Positions 1 through 9,008 of a DNA stretch of 32,000 nt are shown one piece after another. Below the pieces are notes generated by a model, which worked only from the letters and a program-made list of their open reading frames with translations, did not search any database and had not been told where the DNA came from. The translations under genes were made by a program, and so were the position numbers. The DNA lies in NCBI RefSeq assembly GCF_000025505.1, contig NC_013849.1, forward strand, positions 2,100,001-2,132,000, written 5' to 3'. Position 1 is the first letter of the stretch. Each line of letters starts with the position of its first letter. The stretch comes from Ferroglobus placidus DSM 10642 (lineage in GTDB: Archaea; Halobacteriota; Archaeoglobi; Archaeoglobales; Archaeoglobaceae).

Positions 1-1278
1 ATGGTAGTCATCGTCGATGGAGTTAGAACGCCCGTTGGCAGGTTTGGGGGAAGCTTGGCGAGTCTGAAAGCTTACGAGCTCGGAAGCATCGCCATAAAGG
101 GTCTCCTTAAAAAGTTAAAAGTAAAACCCAAAGTCAGCGAAGAGTCCTACGAGTTTTACCCGGAGAAACTTCCGAAAGGAATGATCGAGCTTGAAAAGAA
201 GTACTTCGATTACGAGGGAGACGAATTAATTATTGACGAGGTCGTAATGGGTAATGTAATTCAGGCGGCTCAAGGACAGAATCCGGCAAGGCAGGCTTCG
301 ATTTTTGCCGGCATTCCTAAAGAAGTGCCAGCCTACACAGTGAACAAGGTTTGCGGCTCGGGATTGAAAGCAATAGCTTTAGCCGCTTCTGAGATAAAAG
401 CGGGGAACGCGAGGTGCATAATAGCTGGGGGGATGGAAAGCATGAGCAACTCTCCCTACGCTTCGCTTAAAGCCAGGTGGGGTTACAGAATGAGCATAAA
501 CGTTTACGATGAAGTTATAGATGTCATGGTTTACGACGGTCTCTGGGAGAAGTTCTACGGCTACCATATGGGAGTCACAGCGGAAAACATAGCGGAACTT
601 TATCAGATCAGCAGAGAAGAGCAAGACAAACTCGCTTTTGAGAGTCACATGAGAGCCGTTAAAGCCATAGACGAGGGGAAGTTCAAGGAAGAAATAGTTC
701 CGGTCGTTGTTAAGGAAAAGAAGGGGGAGAGAGTCGTTGACACCGATGAGCATCCGAGGAGGGATACGAGTTTGGAAAAACTGGCTAAGCTTCCACCGGT
801 CTTCAAGGAGGGAGGAACAGTAACTGCTGGAAACGCAAGCGGAATAAACGACGGAGCGGCAGCTTTGCTTGTTATGGACGACAAGGCAGCTGAAGAGAGC
901 GGACTCGATGCTAAAGTAAGAATCTTAAGTTACGCTTCAGCCGGAATCGATCCAGCTTACATGGGTCTCGGACCTATTCCGGCGATAAAGAAGGCTTGCA
1001 AGCTTGCTGGAGTTTCCTTAGACGACATCGATCTTATCGAGCTGAACGAAGCTTTCGCAGCTCAAGCTCTTGCAGTAATAAAAGAATTGAACCTCGATTT
1101 AAATAGGGTGAACGTCAACGGAAGCGGAATAAGCTTGGGACACCCCATAGGAGCTACCGGAGCGAGGATAACCGTCACGTTAATTCACGAGATGGAAAGG
1201 AGAAAAGCTGATCTCGGCTTGGCGGCGTTATGCATAGGTGGCGGAATGGGAATAGCGATGGTTTTCGAGAGAATCTAA
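1..1278 (+). CDS. Acetyl-CoA acetyltransferase (thiolase); true start could lie upstream of the window
   Basis: ORF with thiolase motifs: VDGVRTPVGRFGG, NKVCGSGLKAIALA (active-site Cys), GGMESMSNSPY, NEAFAAQALAVI, NVNGSGISLGHPIGATGAR, CIGGGMGIA. Confidence 0.93.
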   Translation: MVVIVDGVRTPVGRFGGSLASLKAYELGSIAIKGLLKKLKVKPKVSEESYEFYPEKLPKGMIELEKKYFDYEGDELIIDEVVMGNVIQAAQGQNPARQASIFAGIPKEVPAYTVNKVCGSGLKAIALAASEIKAGNARCIIAGGMESMSNSPYASLKARWGYRMSINVYDEVIDVMVYDGLWEKFYGYHMGVTAENIAELYQISREEQDKLAFESHMRAVKAIDEGKFKEEIVPVVVKEKKGERVVDTDEHPRRDTSLEKLAKLPPVFKEGGTVTAGNASGINDGAAALLVMDDKAAEESGLDAKVRILSYASAGIDPAYMGLGPIPAIKKACKLAGVSLDDIDLIELNEAFAAQALAVIKELNLDLNRVNVNGSGISLGHPIGATGARITVTLIHEMERRKADLGLAALCIGGGMGIAMVFERI

Positions 1279-1332
1279 TTTTCCCTTTTTCGGAAAAAAT
1301 TTTAAAAAAGAGTTCCCAAAGAATTTAGGAAA

Positions 1333-2490
1333 ATGTCAATATTCGTAACGTCGGATATCAGGGAGGGTAAGATAGAGAGAATCTACGCAAACACGAGGTA
1401 TCCTTCCGTTCAGGAGGGCTTGACTTTTTTTGATGCGGCAGAAAAACCGAAAATATCGGAAAAAGCTCCGGTAGAGAACAGAATGCTCTACTATGTCGTT
1501 TCCTTCAAACCGTCCCACGTTTTCATATCGAGAGACGTTCTTGGCTCGAAGCCTATATACTTCTCCGAAGATTTGACGATATCCTCGTTTAAATGGTACT
1601 TCGAAGAAGAGCCGATGAAAGTCTTGCCGGGAGAAGTTTTGAAGATTTCCTATGACGGAGAGGTAATTTACAGGAAAACCTACAGCTTCTTCGACGTTTT
1701 CGAGAAGAAAGCAGTAGATGACCCCGCTGAGGAGATAATAAAAATACTCGAAAAAGTAAAGATAAAAGACGCCTGCATCTCCTTCTCCGGAGGAGTCGAT
1801 TCGGGGCTTTTGGCTGGAATTTACGACGCCCCACTAATTTCCGTTACAGCTTCTGAAAAAGAGGAAGAGTGGTTGAGAGAAGCTGCCAACATGCTCGGGA
1901 AAGAGATCGAGATCTTCAGATTTTCAGCCAAGGATGTTAGAGACAACTTGAGGAAAATAGTCGGAAGCATCGAAACAACAAATACTCTCCAGGTTTCGAT
2001 AGCCGTGCCGGTTTATTTCGTAACAAAGTTTGCCAAGGAGCTCGGCTACAACAAAGTCGTTTTCGGACAAGGCGCTGACGAACTCTTTGGTGGATACAAG
2101 AGGTACGAGCACGTTGTCGGAAAAGCGTTGGAAGACGCGTTAATAGAAGATATAAGGAGAATAGGCGAGGAAAACCTTGAGAGGGACTCGAAGATAGCTT
2201 ACAAAAACGAAGTTATGCCGATCCTTCCCTACCTTTCCTTCGACATGATAGAGTTAGCTTTGGCGATTCCGGCAAGTGAAAAAGTAAAGAGGGTGGAGGG
2301 GAAAGTTATAAGGAAGTACGTGTTAAGAGAGGCGGCTAAAAAAGTTATTCCCGAGGAAATAGCGATAAGGGATAAAAAAGCGATCCAGTACTCTACCGGC
2401 ACGTACAAAATCCTCGAAAGGCTTGCGAGAGAGGAGAAACTTCCTCTTGATGAGTATCTTAAGAAAATCAGGTATGGAAGTAGTTCTTGA
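1333..2490 (+). CDS. Asparagine synthase-related protein (AsnB synthetase-type domain with reduced N-terminal region)
   Basis: 385 aa; ATP-pyrophosphatase P-loop SFSGGVDSGLLAG and VVFGQGADELFGGYKRY motif typical of AsnB; N-terminus MSIFV lacks Cys2. Confidence 0.85.
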   Translation: MSIFVTSDIREGKIERIYANTRYPSVQEGLTFFDAAEKPKISEKAPVENRMLYYVVSFKPSHVFISRDVLGSKPIYFSEDLTISSFKWYFEEEPMKVLPGEVLKISYDGEVIYRKTYSFFDVFEKKAVDDPAEEIIKILEKVKIKDACISFSGGVDSGLLAGIYDAPLISVTASEKEEEWLREAANMLGKEIEIFRFSAKDVRDNLRKIVGSIETTNTLQVSIAVPVYFVTKFAKELGYNKVVFGQGADELFGGYKRYEHVVGKALEDALIEDIRRIGEENLERDSKIAYKNEVMPILPYLSFDMIELALAIPASEKVKRVEGKVIRKYVLREAAKKVIPEEIAIRDKKAIQYSTGTYKILERLAREEKLPLDEYLKKIRYGSSS

Positions 2491-2851
2491 TTGCTTAAAA
2501 ATAAAATGTCACAAGTGCTGTGAAGAGACGGAAATGCAGCTGAGTAAAAGCGATATAAAGAGGATAGAGAAGCTCGGATACAAGGCTGACGAGTTCAGCG
2601 AAGTTAAAGACGGTGTGAGAGTTCTGAAAAACGTTGACGGCAAGTGCTTTTTCCTCAAAGATGGTAAATGCTCGATATACGAATCCAGACCTTTCGGCTG
2701 CAGGCTGTATCCGGTCGTGTGGGACGTTGAGAGGAAGAGAGCTGTAGTTCACGATTTTTGTCCTTTAGCAAGTTCAGTTAGCAAGATAACGCTGAAAAAG
2801 GTGGAGAGAGCTCTTAAAAAGCACATACTGTCGATTTTCGACGAGCTGTAA
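2474..2851 (+). CDS. YkgJ-like cysteine cluster protein (putative zinc/iron-chelating domain)
   Basis: ORF 2423-2851 with likely ATG at 2474; Cys pattern CHKCC...CFFLKDGKCSIYESRPFGCRLYPVVW...CPL. Confidence 0.8.
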   Translation: MEVVLDCLKIKCHKCCEETEMQLSKSDIKRIEKLGYKADEFSEVKDGVRVLKNVDGKCFFLKDGKCSIYESRPFGCRLYPVVWDVERKRAVVHDFCPLASSVSKITLKKVERALKKHILSIFDEL

Positions 2852-2890
2852 TCGATAAATTTAATTATAATCGATTCTTTAAAATTTTCC

Positions 2891-3697
2891 ATGGAAGTGA
2901 TCGAGCTCGTCGACGGAGTTAAGCTTTACAAGGTGGGGATAATGAACTACTACTACTTCGAGAAAGAAAAAGTGCTCTTCGAAGCCGGACTGACTTGCAG
3001 CGCCTCCAAGCTTTTGGAAGAGTTTGAAGAAGAGATTGAGTACATAGTAGTTCCTCACGGACATTTCGACCACGTCGCTGGATTGAGCGTTTTGCTCGAG
3101 CAGTATCCGGAAGCGAAAGTTGTCGCTCACGAAAATCTGGCTAAGCTGTTTGAAAAAGAGAAGGTCAGAGCTTCTTGGGTAAAAGACGATAGGGAGCTTT
3201 GCAAAAAGGCTTACGGAGACGAATACGACGTCGAATTCTCTGGAAGGGTGGATGTGACCGTAAGAGAAGGAGACGAGGTAAACGGGCTGGAAATAATTGA
3301 GAGCTTTGGACATTCGAAGGATGCGATTTCGCTTTATTCAAGGAAGCACAACGTCCTCTTAGCTTCGGATTACCTCGGCTACGTCACCTCTTCGGGAAAA
3401 ATTATTCCGATGTATTTTGCGGATTTCGATGAGTACGTAAAAACCCTCGAAAAGCTCGCAGCGATAAAGCCCTACGTTCTTGGGTTAAGTCACAACAGGT
3501 ACTTCGTAGGAAAAGAAGTCGACAGAATTTTTGAGATGGCAAAAGAGGAAACCTTAAAGCTTGCGGAAAAAGTAAAGGAGATGAGCGACGACGAGCTGTT
3601 CAAGTACTTCTACGTAGAAGAGATCAGTCTGTATCCCGAAGACACAATGAAAATCACCGCTGCAATGCTCAAGAAACGCGTCCTCGAGAGAGGATGA
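2891..3697 (+). CDS. MBL-fold metallo-hydrolase
   Basis: 268 aa with HGHFDHVAG metal-binding motif, ESFGHSKDA and SDYLGY. Confidence 0.85.
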   Translation: MEVIELVDGVKLYKVGIMNYYYFEKEKVLFEAGLTCSASKLLEEFEEEIEYIVVPHGHFDHVAGLSVLLEQYPEAKVVAHENLAKLFEKEKVRASWVKDDRELCKKAYGDEYDVEFSGRVDVTVREGDEVNGLEIIESFGHSKDAISLYSRKHNVLLASDYLGYVTSSGKIIPMYFADFDEYVKTLEKLAAIKPYVLGLSHNRYFVGKEVDRIFEMAKEETLKLAEKVKEMSDDELFKYFYVEEISLYPEDTMKITAAMLKKRVLERG

Positions 3698-4523
3698 AGT
3701 AAATTCCGGGGGAGTCTGCGATAATTGTACTCGCTCTGATAAGCAAAGCGAAGGCGATAGCTTTTTCCGGAGGAATGCCGAGAGTAGAGAAGACGAAAGC
3801 CGTTCCACCTTCGAAAAATCCAGCTCCGGCTGGAGTAAGAGGAATGAACATAGCGAGACTTAGCAGGGCTTGAAGGAGCATGGATTCGAAGAAACTGAGA
3901 TTCAAGTTCATAGCTTTAGAGACGAAGAACCACTGAGCTCCCACCAAGAACCAGCCGATCACCGTTAGAACGAGAAGTTCGGGAATGTACTTCCTCGTAA
4001 GCTTTGAATACTCCCTAATTTTTTCGATCCTCTTGAATTTAATCGGAATCGCATCCGTCCACAAGTAAAGCGAGGCTAAAACCGTTAAAAAAGCAGGGAA
4101 GGATAAAGCTACGAGCTCTTCCGGAGAGAGAAGGTAGAGAACTGCCAAGCTCGATCCGAAAACTTTCACGATCATCTCGACTGCCTGAGTGCTGAAAAGA
4201 GAAGCTGTAGAAACCCTGAAGTTTAGTCCGTACTTCTCCCCGAACTTGGGAAAGGCTAAATATCCCGACCTTCCCGGAGTCACGTCGCTCGTCACTATAG
4301 CTGCCATGTGAGCGCTAAATATTTTCGAGAAATCTGTGTTTTCTCCGAGTTTTTCGAAGAGGTAAAGCATCCTGTAAGCGAGAAGAAGGTTCAAGCTGAA
4401 ATAAGAGAGTACTGAAAGTAAGAAAAACTTAAGATCTGCCTCTAAAACGTATTTTACCGAGTCCTTGAAGGCGAAAATTATAAGAAAGAGAACCGCGATG
4501 CCAACCAATTTTTTAAAATCCAT
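3669..4523 (-). CDS. Flippase-like domain / lysylphosphatidylglycerol synthase transmembrane-type protein (UPF0104-like)
   Basis: Strongly hydrophobic 284 aa; TSDVTPGRSGYL and LTPAGAGFFEGG motifs characteristic of the family. Confidence 0.75.
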   Translation of the reverse strand: MDFKKLVGIAVLFLIIFAFKDSVKYVLEADLKFFLLSVLSYFSLNLLLAYRMLYLFEKLGENTDFSKIFSAHMAAIVTSDVTPGRSGYLAFPKFGEKYGLNFRVSTASLFSTQAVEMIVKVFGSSLAVLYLLSPEELVALSFPAFLTVLASLYLWTDAIPIKFKRIEKIREYSKLTRKYIPELLVLTVIGWFLVGAQWFFVSKAMNLNLSFFESMLLQALLSLAMFIPLTPAGAGFFEGGTAFVFSTLGIPPEKAIAFALLIRASTIIADSPGIYFILSRGRVS

Positions 4524-4571
4524 GAATGCACGAGGGAGAATTTATTTAATTTAGTTTCGGAATTAAGGTTC

Positions 4572-4988
4572 GTGAGAAACTTCAGCGAGAAGGAAATCGA
4601 GGAAGTCAAGTTCATGCTAAGTCACTTAAAAACGATAGACGATAAGACAGACATAATAATCAAAGCATCTAACGGAGTTTTGACGCTGATAGTTGGAATC
4701 GTCGCTTTCATGATAGCCTTTGCTTCGGAGAAAATCACGGCTTACGACGTAATACTCGTGAGCGTTCCTATTTCCCTCGTCTTAGTTTCGATGGTTTCTT
4801 CTCTCTTATTGCTTTATCCTAAGTTTACTCAGCTCGTTTTCTTCGAAAGAGAAGATTTTCAGACGATCGAAAGGAGGTACTACTTAAGTTTGAAAAAGAA
4901 GAACTTCTGGATGAAAATTTCGGTGTTCTCGTTAGTTCTGGGAATTCTCTCGTTCATTCTGTGGTTTATGTACGTCGTTCTTCAATAA
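4572..4988 (+). CDS. Small membrane protein with three probable TM segments, unknown function
   Basis: 138 aa ORF, hydrophobic segments GVLTLIVGIVAFMIAFA, VILVSVPISLVLVSMVSSLLLL and VFSLVLGILSFILWFMYVVL. Confidence 0.6.
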   Translation: MRNFSEKEIEEVKFMLSHLKTIDDKTDIIIKASNGVLTLIVGIVAFMIAFASEKITAYDVILVSVPISLVLVSMVSSLLLLYPKFTQLVFFEREDFQTIERRYYLSLKKKNFWMKISVFSLVLGILSFILWFMYVVLQ

Positions 4989-5509
4989 GCGTCGTAAAGC
5001 TTTTCTTTTCTTATGTACTCCCCTCTATCAACGAGGTTCTCAACGACAACCCTTCCCTCCTCGACTTTAAAAATTCTCTCTGCATCGAACCTCGTTTTTC
5101 CTATTCCGAGAATGTCTCCCCTTTTGTTGCAAACGAAGACGATGTCGTTTTCTCTAACATCTTCAGTTACGTCAATCACCGACTCTCGAAATATGTCTCT
5201 GCCGTAGAGAAAGAGCATTTCTCCTTTCTCGTTCACGTAAACTTTCTTTTTGTTTCTTTTTACTAAGAAAAAAGCACCTTCCAGAGTAAACCTGAACCTC
5301 TTACCCACTTCACCCACTTTTATTCCAAAGGAGACTTCGTTGAGCTTCCCTATAAATGCCTCTAAATCTTTAGAAGCGGCGTAAACTTCCTTCTTCTCTC
5401 CCTCTTTGACGTATATGGAAAAGTTGTCTAAGAAATCCACGCTTCCAAAAGCTGCAAGTGCCTTTCTTATGATTTTCAGTTCCTTCTTCGTTGGTCTTCT
5501 GATTTCCAT
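4982..5509 (-). CDS. NIP7/PUA-domain-like RNA-binding protein
   Basis: 175 aa with PUA-like C-terminus (YVNEKGEMLFLYGRDIFRESVIDVTEDVRENDIVFVCNKRGDILGIGKTRF). Confidence 0.65.
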   Translation of the reverse strand: MEIRRPTKKELKIIRKALAAFGSVDFLDNFSIYVKEGEKKEVYAASKDLEAFIGKLNEVSFGIKVGEVGKRFRFTLEGAFFLVKRNKKKVYVNEKGEMLFLYGRDIFRESVIDVTEDVRENDIVFVCNKRGDILGIGKTRFDAERIFKVEEGRVVVENLVDRGEYIRKEKLYDAY

Positions 5510-5895
5510 AGCTTTGAGAGGTAATTTATCAAGCTCGAATAATCTCCGTCGAACCTGAAGCTTTCAACGGTGTTAATTATTACCGCCTCACCGACTTTGT
5601 TCTTCAGCTCCTCCTTAACGTCTTCGCTGAAAACGACTTCTCCGTCCCTCGTCATCTCGTAGGACTCCATGTCTTCCTCTATCCCAACTATTTTGAACTT
5701 TTTCTTCAAAAAGTACGGCTTGCTTCTCTCTTCGAAAAACCTTATCCTGCAGAAAGTCTCTTCCGGAATTATAGACGTGTTTGCGTAAATGGCTTTAATG
5801 TTTATGCCCATCTCTCCTTTGCCGAGCTCCTCGCTAAACCCACCTATCTTCGAGAGGTATATGTCCGAAATTATCTCCCTCGGATACCTGTACAT
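5476..5895 (-). CDS. Hypothetical protein
   Basis: 139 aa ORF, overlaps the start of the downstream PUA gene by 34 nt; compact co-directional arrangement. Confidence 0.6.
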   Translation of the reverse strand: MYRYPREIISDIYLSKIGGFSEELGKGEMGINIKAIYANTSIIPEETFCRIRFFEERSKPYFLKKKFKIVGIEEDMESYEMTRDGEVVFSEDVKEELKNKVGEAVIINTVESFRFDGDYSSLINYLSKLWKSEDQRRRN

Positions 5896-5936
5896 CGGAA
5901 AAAGTTAGTTGAAAAAATGGTAATTAAAGATTTTGC

Positions 5937-6335
5937 TCATTTTTGCAAGTTCTTTCCGAGCTGTTTGAGAATGTTCAGGATCATTCCCAACGCTACCTTT
6001 ACATCCGGATCTCTGAGAGCCGCTATTAGATCTCTAATCCCGGCTGGCTTCGGTTCTTTTTCGCACATGCAGATAGCATCACCTATAGCGTTGAGCAACA
6101 TCAGAGCTCTGTCGTTTGTGAATTTGGCAGAGATTAAACCGAGATCCGTTATAACTTCCGCGTGCTTCAAAACCACCGCATCGCTTATCGAATCCTGAAT
6201 TAGTTTTATCAACGAAACGAGGTCTATTAAAGCGTCTAAGCTTCCGCTCTTCTCGAGCCATATCAGCTTCTCTACAGCCTTAGCGAGAACTTCCTCATTT
6301 TCCTCAACAACCTTCTGAACGCTCATCTCGATCAC
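5937..6335 (-). CDS. DUF1641-like domain protein
   Basis: Helical protein ending in ALRDPDVKVALGMILNILKQLGKNL, typical of DUF1641 proteins next to NAD(P)H/FAD oxidoreductases; 1 nt from the upstream oxidoreductase gene. Confidence 0.7.
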   Translation of the reverse strand: MIEMSVQKVVEENEEVLAKAVEKLIWLEKSGSLDALIDLVSLIKLIQDSISDAVVLKHAEVITDLGLISAKFTNDRALMLLNAIGDAICMCEKEPKPAGIRDLIAALRDPDVKVALGMILNILKQLGKNLQK

Positions 6336-6336
6336 C

Positions 6337-7485
6337 TCACAGAATACCTCTCGCTGTTAACCAGTAAGCTTTGTTGTAAGCCATCTTCATCCAATGCACG
6401 AACTTGTTCGGCTTAACCGGCATCGGAGGCGTGTAGTAATCGAACCAGATGTACGTGGCTTCTTCGAATCCCGTCTCTATGAAACAGAAAGCCTTTCCCG
6501 TGTAAACGGCTGTCGGCGGATATCCTTTTATCTCAGCAGCTATGTTTTCGCTCACGACCTCAGCTTCGAAGTGAGCAACGCTTCCAGCTTTGCTAACCGG
6601 CAAGTTCGTAGCGTCTCCTACGGCGTAGGCGTTATCGTATCCCTCGACTTTCAGAGTAAATCTGTCCGTCGGAACGAATCCGCTTTTATCTCCAATTCCA
6701 GAGTCGAAAATTACCTTAGCTCCTTTGTGCGGAGGAATAGATATGAGCAAGTCGAAGCTTTCCTCTTCTCCTTCGAGCGTTATTATCTTCTTGTTCTTTG
6801 CATCAACTTCTAACGGATTGAAAAACGTTCTGTACTCTATTCCTCTCTCCTCGAACATCCTCTCGACCATTTCAGCAACCGGATCCATCGTAAAAACCTT
6901 GTTTATCGGGTAAGTGTAGACTATCTGACTCCTGTCTCTGATTCCGTGAAGCTTTAAAAAGTCGTGGAGCATGAAAGAAACTTCTATAGGAGCCACCGGA
7001 CATTTATGAGGAACCCCCATAACGCTCACGACTATCTTTCCTCCAGCAAAATTCGCTAAGGCTTCTCTTAGCTTTACAGCTCCCTCGTAATTGTAGAACC
7101 AGTAACCAGCTTCAGTTAATCCGGGGATTTCTTCCGGAGCAACTCTGCTACCAGTGGCTATGACGAGGTAATCGTAATCGTATTCGTTCTTGTCTGTGTA
7201 AACCTTTTCGTTGTCGAGGTCTATTTTCGTTGCAGTTTCGATTTTAAGATCGATTAGCGGGTCTACCAAATACTTTATCGGCATGAAAATGTCCGATTCG
7301 TGCAATCTGTTGAAGATTAAGTAGAGCAAACCAGGCTCGTAAAGCTGTTTATCCTTATCTGAAATTAGAGTGATCGAAACGTTCTTTCCCCTGATCTCGT
7401 CTCTTAGATGGCTTGCAAGGTAGTTTGCTGTTAGAGTCCCAGCTACCCCTCCTCCGACTATCACTATCTTCTTCATGGAAACCAC
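6337..7485 (-). CDS. FAD/NAD(P)-binding oxidoreductase, sulfide:quinone oxidoreductase-like
   Basis: N-terminal dinucleotide-binding motif IVIVGGGVAGTLTANYLA, ATGSR motif, KCPVAPIEV, AYAVGDATNLPVSKAGSVAHFEAE. Confidence 0.85.
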   Translation of the reverse strand: MVSMKKIVIVGGGVAGTLTANYLASHLRDEIRGKNVSITLISDKDKQLYEPGLLYLIFNRLHESDIFMPIKYLVDPLIDLKIETATKIDLDNEKVYTDKNEYDYDYLVIATGSRVAPEEIPGLTEAGYWFYNYEGAVKLREALANFAGGKIVVSVMGVPHKCPVAPIEVSFMLHDFLKLHGIRDRSQIVYTYPINKVFTMDPVAEMVERMFEERGIEYRTFFNPLEVDAKNKKIITLEGEEESFDLLISIPPHKGAKVIFDSGIGDKSGFVPTDRFTLKVEGYDNAYAVGDATNLPVSKAGSVAHFEAEVVSENIAAEIKGYPPTAVYTGKAFCFIETGFEEATYIWFDYYTPPMPVKPNKFVHWMKMAYNKAYWLTARGIL

Positions 7486-7501
7486 CTAAAAAATTGAGAA
7501 A

Positions 7502-7753
7502 TTACTTGGTCTTCCTCACGACTATTCTCCAGTATCCGTCCTCTTCGAATACCCCGATAAGCTCGTGTCCAGCTTTCTTGACCCACTCGGGAATGTCCTT
7601 GGCTGAGCTTTTATCGCTCGACCAGACTTCAATTACTTTTCCGACTTCCTCCTCTTTGATCGCCTTTATCAATTCCATCAGAGGACCCGGGCAGTAGCTT
7701 CCTCTCGCGTCAATTACTCTGTCGGATTTTACTTCCATCTCCACCACCTCCAA
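7502..7753 (-). CDS. TusA-family sulfur carrier protein
   Basis: 83 aa with diagnostic [20 protein letters not shown] (CPGP) motif. Confidence 0.9.
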   Translation of the reverse strand: MEVVEMEVKSDRVIDARGSYCPGPLMELIKAIKEEEVGKVIEVWSSDKSSAKDIPEWVKKAGHELIGVFEEDGYWRIVVRKTK

Positions 7754-7758
7754 AAAAT

Positions 7759-8163
7759 TTAGATAAAGAGGACTTTCGCATCCTCAACCATTCCGAGGAA
7801 CTCGGAAACTCCTACCACGTCGTCGAAGACGTCAACGAACTCGTCCAAGCTGAGTCCGAGCATGTCCATTATCATTCCACAGGCGTAAATTTTCAGGTTT
7901 CCTACTTCCTTAGCTTGCTTTAGTGTGTCGATGAAAAGCGGAGCTCCTTTCTCTACCATTCCCTTTCCGAGTTCCCCCATCTTCCAAGCCTTCTTCTCGA
8001 CCACATCTTTCTTAAAAGCCATCAGTCCGTCCATCGTCGCGAAGATCAACACTTCCGTTCCAAGTGTGGAAGCGACGCTCGCTATGATGCTTGCCGCCTG
8101 CACTTTTTCAAGCTCTCCACTTGCCAGAACAATTGCCAGCTTACCCATTTTCACCACCACCAA
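7759..8163 (-). CDS. DsrE/DsrF/DrsH-like family protein
   Basis: [44 protein letters not shown] and [16 protein letters not shown] are typical of DsrE-like proteins. Confidence 0.82.
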   Translation of the reverse strand: MVVVKMGKLAIVLASGELEKVQAASIIASVASTLGTEVLIFATMDGLMAFKKDVVEKKAWKMGELGKGMVEKGAPLFIDTLKQAKEVGNLKIYACGMIMDMLGLSLDEFVDVFDDVVGVSEFLGMVEDAKVLFI

Positions 8164-8198
8164 TATTCTTTTTCTAAGAAAGCTTTAATAAACCTTCT

Positions 8199-8215
8199 CG
8201 GTTTGTGATAAACCG
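8199..8215. promoter_or_regulatory. Hyphenated palindrome CGGTTT-GTGAT-AAACCG, candidate operator just upstream of a TATA-like element of the DsrE/TusA cassette
   Basis: 6-bp inverted arms; located 36-52 nt upstream of the DsrE-like start codon at 8163, beside the TATA-like TTTATTAAAG on the minus strand (about 8183-8192). Confidence 0.35.
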
Positions 8216-8397
8216 ACAAAAACCGTTTATTAATTATGTAAAAAATTTTCGAAGATGAATTTCCTGAATGAAAGAAGCTTAGCAGCTTTCAGCATCATTA
8301 ATTTTCATGTGTTTATATAATTATTCAACTACAATTAATTTTCAAAAAGCTCTGCTGCAAAAGTAATTTTCCGGAAATTAAAGAAGAGAAATTATCT

Positions 8398-8417
8398 CTT
8401 TGTGGTATACCACAAAG
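8398..8417. repeat. Perfect 20-bp palindrome CTTTGTGGTATACCACAAAG
   Basis: Direct reading; sequence equals its own reverse complement, in the intergenic region between the DsrE cassette and tRNA-Ile. Confidence 0.9.
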
Positions 8418-8470
8418 CTAATAAACAACGCTATGACAAAAAGTTATGTCTTAAAAATCCTAAAACTTAT

Positions 8471-8545
8471 GGGCCCGTGGCTCAGCCTGGTTAGAGCGCG
8501 CGCCTGATAAGCGCGAGGTCCGGGGTTCAAACCCCCGCGGGCCCA
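8471..8545 (+). tRNA. tRNA-Ile (anticodon GAT)
   Basis: Complete cloverleaf: acceptor GGGCCCG/CGGGCCC, D arm GCTC..GAGC, anticodon stem CGCGC/GCGCG with loop CTGATAA, T arm CGGGG-TTCAAAC-CCCCG, discriminator A; CCA not encoded. Confidence 0.97.
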
Positions 8546-8765
8546 TCCAACTCTACTATTAAATCGTTTTTCACCAAAATTACGTATTTTCGAAGCTTCA
8601 TTTCGACGAATTCGCTAAGGTTGGAAATTAATTCCTTAGTTCTCTTAAGGACGTTTTTATTGATGGTTAATGTTTATTTCACCTTGTCCTAACTTTGTGA
8701 GGTATATTGATTCATACGTGTGAATAAAAATAAATAAAAATAAAGGTTGTTATCGGCAGTGTAAT

Positions 8766-9008
8766 TTATTTATAAGCTTTTTCCCTCTTTTCAAGGTCGA
8801 AAACTATACACTCTCCACCTTCAATCCACATCTTGAGTCTGTAATTTCCAATTCTAAAGCGGTAAATATTGTCGTAACCTACGAGTTTGACTAAATCCCC
8901 TCTGCCAGTTTCCTCAAAGATCTTCAATTTGGCGAGGATTCTAACTTGGTCTTCTCTGGGAAGTTTACTCAGTTTCTTTAGAAATTTCTTTTCGAATTTC
9001 AGCTTCAT
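8766..9008 (-). CDS. RelE/ParE-superfamily toxin
   Basis: 80 aa; MKLKFEKKFLKKLSKLPREDQVRILAKL...LVGYDNIYRFRIGNYRLKMWIE is the RelE-type fold signature. Confidence 0.88.
   Translation of the reverse strand: MKLKFEKKFLKKLSKLPREDQVRILAKLKIFEETGRGDLVKLVGYDNIYRFRIGNYRLKMWIEGGECIVFDLEKREKAYK

Noticed and set aside
8527-8672. Minus-strand open frame TLTINKNVLKRTKELISNLSEFVEMKLRKYVILVKNDLIVELDGPAGV running into the tRNA-Ile 3' end, considered as a tRNA-embedded integrase N-terminal remnant.
   Set aside because: Only about 48 codons, no start codon at the beginning, and no recognisable integrase motif; no matching C-terminal fragment or tRNA 3' repeat found elsewhere in the window.
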